DNA of 64,000 nt from Phyllobates terribilis (Eukaryota), in contig NW_027362762.1 of NCBI RefSeq assembly GCF_046119375.1, forward strand, positions 741,086,001 to 741,150,000, given 5' to 3'. Made by a program: the position numbers and the translations under genes. Under the pieces are notes generated by a model. That model was not told where the DNA came from and did no database searches. It worked only from the letters and a program-made list of their open reading frames with translations. Below are positions 26,531 to 37,575 of this stretch, in pieces; positions within the stretch are counted from its first letter, which is position 1, and each line of letters opens with the position of its first letter.

Positions 26531-27469
26531 GCCTAAATTGATGCATCAGAAGTTATGTTCACACTAGGCGTTTTTTTTTTTTTCTGCAACAAAACCTGAT
26601 CTCTTGGCAGGAAAGAAGCTGCGTCAAAAACACAGGTTTTGGTGCGTTTTTGTTGCGTTTTTCAGGATCCCAAAGTTCAGCTTTGCTTCCACCACAGAAG
26701 CATGAACACAGGTCACCGATGTAAGACATATGTAAAATGATATTAACCAGAATTACAAATGTAACAGTGGGGGAGGTGAATTGTTCAGGAATAGTTTTTC
26801 TAAGACATTGGCAGTGCATTGACTTTGTAGGACACTATTTTAACACTATGGTCTGCTATTGAATTGCTCAGAGATTGTTCAATTTCACATCTCTGTTGGC
26901 CACAGGTATTGTTCAGTCTCACACCTAGCTCAGCAAATGTTTACATTGTACAGGTCACTAATTTAATTAAACTGTCATCTCAGGTGACAAGATGGTAAAA
27001 TCACAAAAATAAATGAGTTTCACATACTGCTATACTTGCTTTTTTCACTAAAACACAGCAAAACATCCTAGCTATGTTCACACTATGCGTTTTTTCAGCT
27101 TTATTTCACCACCTCTTACTTTCAGTGGGTAAAAAACACTGAAAGAAGTGACATTCTCTATTGTGCAAAAAAACATGCAAAGCACAAAATACTGATAACA
27201 CAAAAAACAATGTGTGTGCATGAGATTTCTGAAATCTCATAGACTTTGCTGGTACTGTAAAACGCAGCTGAAAATTTGCATAAAAAAGCGCATAAAAAAA
27301 ACCCTGAAAAAGCGCCTAGTGTGACTCTCCTTACATAGTGAAAGCTATATGTCTAACTTGAAGTTAGAGCTAAATCTTTCTAGTTCCCTACTGGGACCAT
27401 AAACTCTGTCTGTTATTATTATGTAAAGTTCCTGGCACAATGATTTGTATTTCTCTTCTTTTATTGCAG

Positions 27470-27598
27470 TGTTATGGCAGATGAATTGACCAACATAAGG
27501 GCAAATCTTCAGAGGCAGAATAGAGAGACCTCAAGTGCGCTTCAAGATTTATTAAGTGAAAGGGACCAATATCGGCAAGAAATGTCTGAAACACGAAA
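27470..27598 (+). CDS. blzf1: blzf1 exon 5
   Basis: VMADELTNIRANLQRQNRETSSALQDLLSERDQYRQEM; tgcag acceptor, GTAAGA donor; 129 nt, phase 2 to 2. Confidence 0.96.
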
Positions 27599-29730
27599 GT
27601 AAGATTTCCTTATTTGAAAGGTTGTTCCTATCTTCATAAATGGATATTTTTGGATAGTGCTTGTAAAGACAAGTAATTTTGCATTTGATTGCTTATTAAA
27701 ATTTTCACACCTTCTTGAGATGTTAACACGTTTTTGTTTTGTTTACAGCAGAACATGCTCAGTGCTTTCCTGCTCCTTTCTATTGAGCTTGTAAACCCTG
27801 TCTTTTAAGCTGACGAGGATCACTGGAGCTACCTCCTAATCCCGGCCAGCTTTATGGCAGTGTTTACATGCTAGACAGCAGCGGTGATCGGTGTCCTAGG
27901 CAACAAACTGTAAAGAAAAGTATCAATATCTCAAGAACAGTTGCAAATTTTAATAAACTGTGAATTGAAAAAGTGCTTGTGTTTACAAGGACAATAGCCC
28001 TTTATTGAGATGAGAATAACACTTAATGTTTTTTGATTAGCCCCTTCTCGCTCCACTATACTATTACTTGATTGAGCGGGTGTGAGTGTCAACTTCTGGG
28101 CCCACTCTAAAAAAGCCGATGCTGTTGTTGTTACATAGCCAGTTGCTGCCTCTAACAGCAGCAAGCTAAGCAAGTTGTGCTTGACAGCAGCACTTAAACC
28201 GTGCAATCCTGTCCGACGTCCGTTCTGTGCATCCGTCGCCCCCACTGTGACTTAATCGTTTGGTGCCCATGGGTTAACCCCCTCAGCATAGCACAAAAAT
28301 ACCTTTTATTATCTCCCCAAATATGTGTGGTATGGTCTGAAGGAGCGTGACTGGTCTTGCTTCAGCGCCTCCTCTCTCGTCGCAGTCGCCATCCTCCTTC
28401 CCTGCTTCATGTGGATGACGCCTCCTAAGTCATCCGCATAGTGTCTTCCAATCGCTCTCCTCTGCAGACGTACTTTGCTCTGCTGTGCAGTATTGTAATG
28501 CGCATGCACTGGGAGAGGTTAAAGAGCCCTGATGACCCAGAACTAAAGCCGGCGCATGCGTAGTACAATACTTTGCTCTGACCTCACAGGAGTGCGATCA
28601 TATACACTGAGTATATGACTTAAGACGCATCATCCACGTGAAGGAGGGACGGAGATTGCGACGGGAAGTGGAGGCGCCAAAGCAAGACCAGTGATGCCCA
28701 TCGGACCCAACCACACAGTTTGGGGAGATAGTAAAAGGTATTTTTTTTTGTGTTATGCAGAGGAGATTGAGAATTTACATACAGCTTTAGAAGAATACTG
28801 TAAAAAAGGAAAGCTGTCACCAGTAATGACGCTTTTAACAGCATTATTATGCTGCCTGGCACCAGCACGCTGCTGAATGCAGTAGGGAGAAAATTAACTT
28901 TATTCTCCCCGCCAGCATTAGATTTAAATCGTGGGGACAGGGGCGCTGCGGGTTCAATCATCGTGCTGAGAATACAGAGCGGCCCTGGGGTGCGGTTACA
29001 GCGGCCTCTTTGTATTCTCAGAGCGATGACTGAACCTGTAGCGCCTCCGCCTCCATGACTGAAACCGAATGCTGGCGGGGATAATAAAATTGATTTTCTC
29101 CCCGCTGCATTCGTCTGCGTGCAGTCGCCCATCAGCATAGTAATGCTGTTAAACAAAAAAAACTGCCCTGCACATCCAAAACAAGAAGTAGGTGTGTACA
29201 AGTGTTTACTAGGAGCAGCTACCTCCATATATAACTAACAAATAAAGTAGCACTCTGCAACGCTAAGTATGCCAACATGAAATACATGCAACTTGAATAG
29301 CTTTACTGCTCTAGAAAATAGAAACGCCTTACCGTGGCTACCACCTGTACACACCTATTTCTTGTTTTGGATGTGCCGGTCAGTTTTTTTCTGTTATGTA
29401 TAGGCTCTCTGACTGAGCACTCCGCCTCTAGGCCACAGGCGGTTTTAATTGCAGCAGGATCTTGCCTTCCCACACACAGGCAGACTTTGGTCTCTTAGAG
29501 AGGAGTTCACATTGGCAGAATCCTGGTATAACGAGAAACGCCTTATCGTGGCTTCCGGGTACACATGAATTGGCCAATTTATGCGCTAAGATTTCTCAGT
29601 TATTTCTATTTTTCTAGAGCAGTAATGCTATTCAGATTTCATGTATTTCATGTTCGCTAACTTAGCGTTGCAGAGTGGTGCTTTATTTGATAATAATAAT
29701 AACGTTGTTAACCTAAAGATTAACCACATA

Positions 29731-29947
29731 CACACGTGGTCAAAATTGTTGTTACCCCTCATTTAATGACAGAAAAATCCACAATGGTCACAGAAATAAC
29801 TTGAAACTGACAAAATTAATAATAAATTAAAAATATATGAAAATGAACAAATGAAAGTCAGACATTGCTTTTCAACCCTGCTTCCATAGAATTTTTTAAA
29901 AAAATTAAACTTCTGAAATAGACCTAGACAGAAATGATGGTACCCTT
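29731..29947. mobile_element. Solitary left TIR of the same Tc1 family as 22788-24383
   Basis: TA|cacacgtggtcaaaattgttg..acagaaatgatggtaccctt, near-identical to 22788-23003. Confidence 0.8.
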
Positions 29948-29949
29948 AA

Positions 29950-30526
29950 ATTTTTTGGTCGCCGCAACATTGCAATAAAATGCAATAACGGGCGATCAAA
30001 ACATTGTATCTACCCCAGAATGGTATCAATAAAAACATCAGCTCGGCGTGCAAAAAATTAAGCCCTCACCAGGCCCCAGATCCCAAAAAATGAAGACTCT
30101 ACGGGTCTCGGAAAATTACGTCATATATATTTTTTTTTTTTTTTTTTTTTAAGCAACTTTGGATTTTTTTTTCACCACTTAAATAAAAAATAACCTGTTC
30201 ATGTTTGGTGTCTACGAACTCGTAATGACCTGGAGAAACATAATGGCAGGTCAGTTTTAGCATTCAGTGAACGTGGTAAAAAAACAACAACAAAAAAACT
30301 GTGGAATTGCAAATTTTTTTTTTGCAATTTCACCGCACTTGGAATTTTTTCCCGTTTTCCAGTACACGATATGGTAAAACCAGTGATGGCGTTCAAAAGT
30401 ACAAATTGTCACGCAAAAAATAAGCCCTCACATGGCCATATTGACCTAAAAAATAAAAACGCTATGGCTCTGGGAACAAGGAGAGACTAAAACGCAAAAA
30501 CGGAAAATCCCAAGGATGTTAAAGGG
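29950..30526. mobile_element. piggyBac-like element terminal fragment
   Basis: Ends ...ggatgttaaaggg|TTAA; subterminal motifs (aaaaaataagccctca, ctatggctct) are typical of this repeat class. Confidence 0.55.
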
Positions 30527-30877
30527 TTAATGGTGGTGGCCGTATTCTATATTTGAGAAACCTTGTGACCGGTTTATTTTAAATAAATCCTCAAAAAGCG
30601 CTGAAAAATAAAACCATTTCACCCTCATAAAACAAAGCCTAATACAGCTATGTCAGTAAAAAAATAAAAGTAATGGCTGATGAAATTCACAGAGGCAAAA
30701 AAGGGAAAAAATGGTAGGTTGTTAACTCTTTTTCAGGTCCAGTCATTCAAGGATTAAAAAATGCTTATTTAAACCGATCTTTATTGGGTTATGCCATACT
30801 TCACTAGTTTTCATAGCTCTCCTCCAGTGACCATATTTTCGTAATCTGACTTACACAGACTTCTTTCTTTTCCACAG

Positions 30878-31097
30878 AGTATTAGAAGAACTTCTCATCT
30901 CCCTGCAGTGGGGACGACAGCAGACCTATCACCCTACCGCTCAGCCATACTCTACCACCGAGCTCGTGGCTGCAAACCGGAAGCTGGCACAAGCTGTAAA
31001 GTCTCACCTTATCGCAAATACTGGATCGACGAGCCCCAAGCATGCTCAACAGACAACTGAATTTTGCAGCACTCCTGCAGAAAAAATGGCAGAAATG
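30878..31097 (+). CDS. blzf1: blzf1 exon 6
   Basis: VLEELLISLQWGRQQTY...EFCSTPAEKMAEM; ccacag acceptor, GTAAAT donor; 220 nt, phase 2 to 0. Confidence 0.96.
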
Positions 31098-31468
31098 GTA
31101 AATTACTTTTCTTTTTAACAACAGCATTTCCAGACACATCCACCATTTGTGACTCCTGTTTCCTCTCACTGAGACGAGCAGCAGGGTTTTCATGATCTAC
31201 TAGAACAGCCTTCTCTGTCCCCATCCGCAGAATATGGAGTTGTAAATGGTGGCTTTATTCTGCTGTCAGTAGTGGGGAGTTCAGCCGCTGTATATACCGT
31301 ATTTTTCGGACTGTAACATGCACCAGACCATAAGACGCACCTAGGTTTTAGAGGAGGAAAATAGAAAAAATTGTAAATACAAATTGTGGTCATGATGGCC
31401 TGTTAAGGGGGAGGGGGTCTGCTGCGGACACTGTTATAGGGGTAATGTCCCCCAATTATGTTAATATC

Positions 31469-31675
31469 NNNNNNNNNNNNNNNNNNNNNNNNNNNNNNNN
31501 NNNNNNNNNNNNNNNNNNNNNNNNNNNNNNNNNNNNNNNNNNNNNNNNNNNNNNNNNNNNNNNNNNNNNNNNNNNNNNNNNNNNNNNNNNNNNNNNNNNN
31601 NNNNNNNNNNNNNNNNNNNNNNNNNNNNNNNNNNNNNNNNNNNNNNNNNNNNNNNNNNNNNNNNNNNNNNNNNNN
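31469..31675. other. Assembly gap (207 N) next to a 31-bp tandem repeat
   Basis: N run followed by repeated ccttcatccctcttcctggtatg units. Confidence 0.99.
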
Positions 31676-32580
31676 TGGCCTTCATCCCTCTTCCTGGTAT
31701 GTATGGCACCCTTCATCCCTCTTCCTGGTATGCTTGGCATCCCCATCACGCTGCACACAAAAAAAATAAACAATTATACTCACCTCCTCTCTCCTCCAGC
31801 GCTGCTTCCTGCTCTACTGTCGACAGGGATCTCACTGTGTGAGCCGTGCATGGCGTCACTGCCATGCTCCCTCACCCTGTGAGATGCTGTGCCGGAACAG
31901 TCCCTGCTCCCCACTCCGGGAATGTGTGTATGTGGGGAGCAGTGACCATTCACTCACCTTAATAGCGCGCACACTGTACCCGCAGCCCGGCTCCTGCTGC
32001 AGCCGGCGGTCACATGTGGCCACTATTAAAGACCATGAATATTCGCTACAACCCATGGGAGTGGATTGCAGTGAATACTCATGGTCTTTAATAGCGGGCA
32101 CATAGACCGCAGGGCGCCAGCATTGGCCGCGCTGCGGTGGCTACGGTGTGCATGCTATTAAGGTGAGTGAGTGGTCACTGCTCCCCACACACAGTCCCGG
32201 GTGGGGAGCAGTGACTATTCCGGCACAGCATCTCACAGGGTGAGGGCGCATGGCAGTAACACCATGCACGGCTCACACAGTGAGATCCCTGTCGGCAGCA
32301 GAGCAGGACACGGCACTGGAGGAGAGAGGAGGTAAGCATAATTTTTTATTTTTTTGTGTGCAGCGTGATTGGGATCAGGGGGTGCCATACATACCAGGAA
32401 GAGGGGTGATGGGTGCCATACTTACCAGGAGCCGCACTGCAGGTACAGTGTGTGTGCGCTATTAAGGAAAATTAATATTCATTTTCTGTAGTAGCGGGCA
32501 CAGTGTAGGCTGCAGCAGGCATCTCCTGTGCCCCGCTCCTCCGCTGCTGCCACTCCCCCCACAACCCCATATAATATATA

Positions 32581-34143
32581 TAGTAGTATTCAACCCCCTG
32601 CAGATTTAGCTGGTTGACACATGCGGAATTAACTTGGCATTGTGACATTTGTACTGTAGATCAGCCTGGAAGTGGGAAATGCACTGCAGCAAATTTTTTT
32701 TTGTTTTTTTTTTGTTAAAAGTTCATTCGGAGTGTCCTTTATTATTCAACCCCTCAAACCACAAGAATTCTGTTTGGTCCCCCAAAAGTATTAAGAAGTA
32801 GTTCAGGCACCAAGAATGAGCTTCACATGTGTGGATTAAAGATCTCTTTTGCCAGCCTTTTCTGACTATTTAAGACCCTCCCCAAACTTGTGAACAGCAC
32901 TCAGACATGGTCAACATGGGAAAGACAAAGGAGCATTCCAAGGCCATCAGAGACCAGATCGTGGAGGGTCACAAGGCTGGCAAGGGGTACAAAACCCTTT
33001 CCAAGGAGTTGGGCCTACCTGTCTCCACTGTTGGGAGCATCATCCGTAAGTGGAAGGCTTATGGAACTACTGTTAGCCTTCCACGGCCAGGACAGCCTTT
33101 GAAAGTGTCCTCCCGTGCCGAGGCCAGGCTTGTCCGAAGAGTCAAGGCTAACCCAAGCACAACAAGGAAGGAGCTCCGGGAAGATCTCATGGCAGTGGGG
33201 ACATTGGTTTCAGTCAATACCATAAGTAACGTACTCCACCGCAATGGTCTCCGTTCCAGACGAGCCCGTAAGGTACCTTTACTTTCAAAGCGTCATGTCA
33301 AGGCTCGTCTATAGTTTGCTCATGATCACTTGGAGGACTCTGAGACAGACTGGTTCAAGGTTCTATGGTCTGATGAGACCAAGATCGAGATCTTTGGTGC
33401 CAACCACACACATGATGTTTGGAGACTGGATGGCATTGCATACGACCCCAAGAATACCATCCCTACAGTCAAGCATGGTGGTGGCAGCATCATGCTGTGG
33501 GGCTGTTTCTCAGCCAAAGGGTCTGGCCATCTGGTCCGCATCCATGGGAAGATGGATAGCACGGCCTACCTGGAGATTTTGGCCAAGAACCTCCGCTCCT
33601 CCATCAAGGATCTTAAGATGGGTCGTAATTTCATCTTCCAACAAGACAACGACCCAAAGCACACAGCCAAGAAAACCAAGGCCTGGTTCAAGAGGGAAAA
33701 AGTCAAGGTGTTGGAGTGGCCTAGTCAGTCTCCTGACCTTAACCCAATTGAAAACTTGTGGAAGGAGCTCAAGAATAAAGTCCACATGAGACACCCAAAG
33801 AACCTAGATAACTTGGAGAAGATCTGCATGGAGGAGTGGGCCAAGATAACTCCACAGACCTGTGCCGGCCTGATCAGGTCTTATAAAAGACGATTATTAG
33901 CTGTAATTGCAAACAAGGGTTATTCCACAAAATATTAAACATAGGGGTTGTATAATAATTGACCCACACTTTTATGTTTAAAATTTAATAAAATTCAACT
34001 GAGCAACATAACTTTTTGGTTTGTAAGATTTATGCTTCTGTTCATAAATCCTACTCTCGTTTGCAGTTTGAAGGCTCTAACTTATTTGCATCTTATCAAA
34101 CCAGCTAAATCTGCCGGGGGTTGAATACTACTTGTAGGCACTG
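32581..34143 (+). mobile_element. Near full-length Tc1 (DD34E) element
   Basis: Right end ttgaatactacttgtaggcactg|TA; left TIR agtagtattcaacccc lacks about 11 terminal bases; internal DR ttattattcaacccc. Confidence 0.92.
32907..33938 (+). pseudogene. Tc1 transposase, 343 codons, with a single in-frame TAG at 33312-33314
   Basis: ORFs 32907 and 33330 are in the same frame; HTH GKGYKTLSKEL, GRP-like box, DET, QDNDPKH...SPDLNPIE with D-34-E spacing. Confidence 0.95.
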
Positions 34144-34328
34144 TATATATCTCTATATCTATCGGTCTATAAGACACACACCCCACTTTCCTCCAAAATT
34201 TTGGAGAAAAAAAGTGCGTCTTATAGTCCGAAAAATACGGTATTTAATCCTCTGGTATATAGGTATATCAGATGTGATCAGTTTTGTGACCAGCCATATT
34301 AATTACATATATTTTTACTATGTTTCAG

Positions 34329-34511
34329 ATACTGAATACACAGGATCCCATTGCATGTTCTGAGACGTCTCCAGATATTTCCTTCTCTGAGCCCTCCCCT
34401 TCTTTCTTAGCAGCAAAAAAAAGTATTGGACGATTTCACCCGTACACCAGATATGAGAACATCACTTTCAATTGCTGCAATCACTGCCAGGGAGAACTGA
34501 TCGCATTATAG
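34329..34511 (+). CDS. blzf1: blzf1 exon 7 (last coding exon)
   Basis: IGRFHPYTRYENITFNCCNHCQGELIAL*, the golgin-45 GRASP55-binding C-terminus; total CDS 1164 nt = 387 aa. Confidence 0.97.
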   Translation: MLNTQDPIACSETSPDISFSEPSPSFLAAKKSIGRFHPYTRYENITFNCCNHCQGELIAL

Positions 34512-34608
34512 GAGAACTTGGTCCTTACTGATAGCAGTGAAGACAATACCTATCGAACAGCAATAATTTCAATACTTGGACATGAAATGATAGCATCTGG
34601 CTCAGTGC

Positions 34609-34614
34609 AATAAA
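34609..34614 (+). terminator. blzf1: Candidate blzf1 polyadenylation signal AATAAA
   Basis: First AATAAA after the stop; ATTAAA alternatives near 34810 and 34870. Confidence 0.45.
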
Positions 34615-35514
34615 ATCCATACTAAAGGAAATAATGAATATACCGTTCCAGAAGAAATTTCAAGCGAGATGTTTGACATTTACAGTGACTGTTGCGGTCT
34701 ATTATTCCAATTAGGTCATTCCATTATGCAGTCTTCAGTATTGTACTCCCCAGGGACATTTTACATCTTTTTTATTGATATATTTGATCTGCAGTGTTTT
34801 CAGACAGTATTAAAGCAACAGGCCTTATTCAAATGCTGTTTTTTATTCTGACTTCTGATTGGTACATATATTAAAAACAAAAATGGAGGCATTCGTGGCG
34901 TAACTATTGGTTTACATAGCTGTGAAGGTAATTATGTACTATCTCATACGAAACACGTATTTGAGGTCTAACAGAATGATGTAATAATAATGGTCCTCTA
35001 GCCTATATAACCCATCCAGTGCAATGGAAAATAACAACCATGACTTAAGTGTGAACAGAGCCTTAAAGGGGTATTCTCAGTTTATGAAATTGGTCTAGTT
35101 ATTTACACAGCATGAAAAGAATCTAATTTGCAATTGACTTGTATTTTTTATCTGCTGTCGTTCTCCTGCTATGAAAACTTTTATCTTACATGTTTACAGC
35201 TTGTTGCCAAGGAGGCAACCACCAGAGCCTGGCTGTAGCTGCAGTCCAACCTGAAGAGTTTACTCCTAAGATACCAGTCTCCTCTTTCCAGTTTGGCAGC
35301 TGCTCCCTACACCCTCCTTGTTTAGCTCCTGAACTGGACCTGTTGTTATTGGTCCTGCAAAAAGCACAAGCTCTGGACCCCTCAGCTGCTTAGCCAGAGC
35401 AGTTCTGCTAATCACTACTCCGTTCTCCATGAGCAGATGAATGCTTCATGCTTGTTCAAGGCACTGTTATCTCAATATGTAAAGATAAAAGTATAGACTT
35501 TAGAACAAGCTTAA

Positions 35515-37575
35515 AATAAGTTGTCCACTACTTTCACATTGATGCCCTATCTGTAGAATAGGGCATCAATGTATGATTGCCAGGGTCCCGCACCTGGCAC
35601 CCCCATCAATCAACTGTTATCGGTGTCGGCGGCAGCCGCCGGTCGAAAGTGCTTCCCTGCGGTGCTTGGCTGTTAAGTTGCAGTGGGCGGTGCTTGTTAC
35701 TGCACATCCGTCTCCAGTTCAATGGGGGGTGGATGTGCAGTACCCCGCGGCAGCCACTACAGATGGACGGCCAAGCACCGCAGGTGAGCACTTCTGGCCG
35801 GCTACCACCGATAACAGCTGATCGGCGGGGGTGCTGGGTGCGGGACCCCGGCCGATCATACATTGATGCACGATCCTATGTATAGGGCATCAATGTGAAA
35901 GTAGTGGACATCTTCTTTAAGCCCCTCACCCATCCATAAACATTGGATGACTGTCAGCTGAACTATGGTTTGGCCAATTGTCTAGTCAGCTGCCATCTCG
36001 GCTATCTGTCCCATAGAAATGAGTATTCACTTGGCCGAGCATTCCTGTGTTCTCTGAGACAGTTGTCAGACATTTCTGGTGGCGGCTTATCTTTGAGTGA
36101 CCAAAAGGACCTGAAGTCTGAAATCAGACATGTCGGATTGCCAGCATTAGTTTAATGTATATGGGGGTCATTAGACCTGTATGTGCACAGTAGCACATTC
36201 AGCAGCAGGATGATGCTGCTTTACCAGAACTATCACTCAGAATGAGTGCCCTGCCCCCGCTAGCAACAAGGGATTGAGAAGGCTGGGGATCTGTGAGCTC
36301 CTACAGGCACATGTTGAGACTGGCCCTTTAAAGGGGTGTTCCAGTAAGAAGAACTTATTACCTATCCACAGCATAACTGCTAACGTTTAGATGGATGAGG
36401 GTCCGACTGTTGAGACCTCCACCGACCACCAAAATTAGTGTATTTTCTCCTGTTTGAATGAAGTGGGGTACATCACTTGGCTATCTTCAACAGTCCCATT
36501 GAGAATTACTGGAGCAATAGTGCACATGCTCACCCGCCGCTTCATTCAAAGGAGAGACAAGTCACCCATTTTGTGGGGGTCTTCTTACTGGAATACACCT
36601 TTTAAACTGAAAAGTCCACCAAACCTGTCAATTTGTAGGGGGTCCTTCCAACTATCCCCAGACAGATGATCAACAGGAAGGAAGGAAGGATTGGGCATGT
36701 TTTTTTTTTTGTTTGTTTGTTTGTTTTAATGCCTAATTCCTTTTTTGCCCATAAGATAATCCACTGTGAGAAGTGATGGCAGAACTGAAGCGGCATTACT
36801 GATGATTTTTCTTGCTCTTATTTCTGCCATTTGTAGTGTTCTCATTGAGACCATTTGAAGGTTTCTAACTGGTTTGTGTAGTGGCAATATGTATATATTA
36901 CTGAACATTAAGCTACAGATGGTTTCCTTAGTAACTGAGAGAAACTAGAAGGGGAAATGTTATCAGAATCTCAGTAGTGCCACGTTGGACCTGTAATTAT
37001 TGGTGTATTTTCATCAGTTCCGATCACTAGCAGTTGGGTTGGCCAAAAGGAGCTGGTTTTGTAACTCTCTCTAGTAATGAATGGTGAATGGGAGTTATGT
37101 AAACACTGTAGTGCAGATGGTTAGGTTTTTCCTTAAAGGGGTTGTCCACTACTCGGTCAACCCCATCTCAATCACCATGTTTGCCCTTAGTAAAATAACT
37201 CTTATAATCACCTCCGGTGCTATCACCGTGTCAGCAGTGGCTCTCTCGGAGAACACGTGACATCGTTATGTCATGCGACCAATCAGCACTGGCTTCACAC
37301 TCTCCGCCTTTGGGCAAAACAGGAGGAGGGAGTGAGCGGATAGCCACAGCTCTCCCTTCCTTTTGATGTCTGATTCGTTCAAAGGCTGGAGAGTGAGGCC
37401 AGCGCTGATTGGCTGCAGGGATCACGCGACATAATAATAATGTCACGCAATCCCTGGGAGAGCCAGTGCTGACACCGCTGGAATGTCATCACCGGAGGTG
37501 AGTAAGAGAGTTTTAATTTTACTGAGGGCAAACATGGTAATTGAGAAGGGGCTGTCTGAGTAGTGGACAACCCCT
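35515..37575. mobile_element. Cluster of three T2/Kolobok-type MITEs (35515-35916, 36332-36601, 37137-37575)
   Basis: Each is bounded by TTAA on both sides with clear TIRs, e.g. aggggttgtccactact / agtagtggacaacccct. Confidence 0.8.

Larger units (their letters stand above)
31297..34240. mobile_element. Tc1/mariner-superfamily (Tc2/pogo-like) non-autonomous element hosting a Tc1 insertion and the assembly gap
   Basis: TA|ccgtatttttcggact...agtccgaaaaatacgg|TA termini; long internal palindrome. Confidence 0.75.

Noticed and set aside
31445-31882. ORFs spanning the N run
   Set aside because: They are produced by ambiguous bases.
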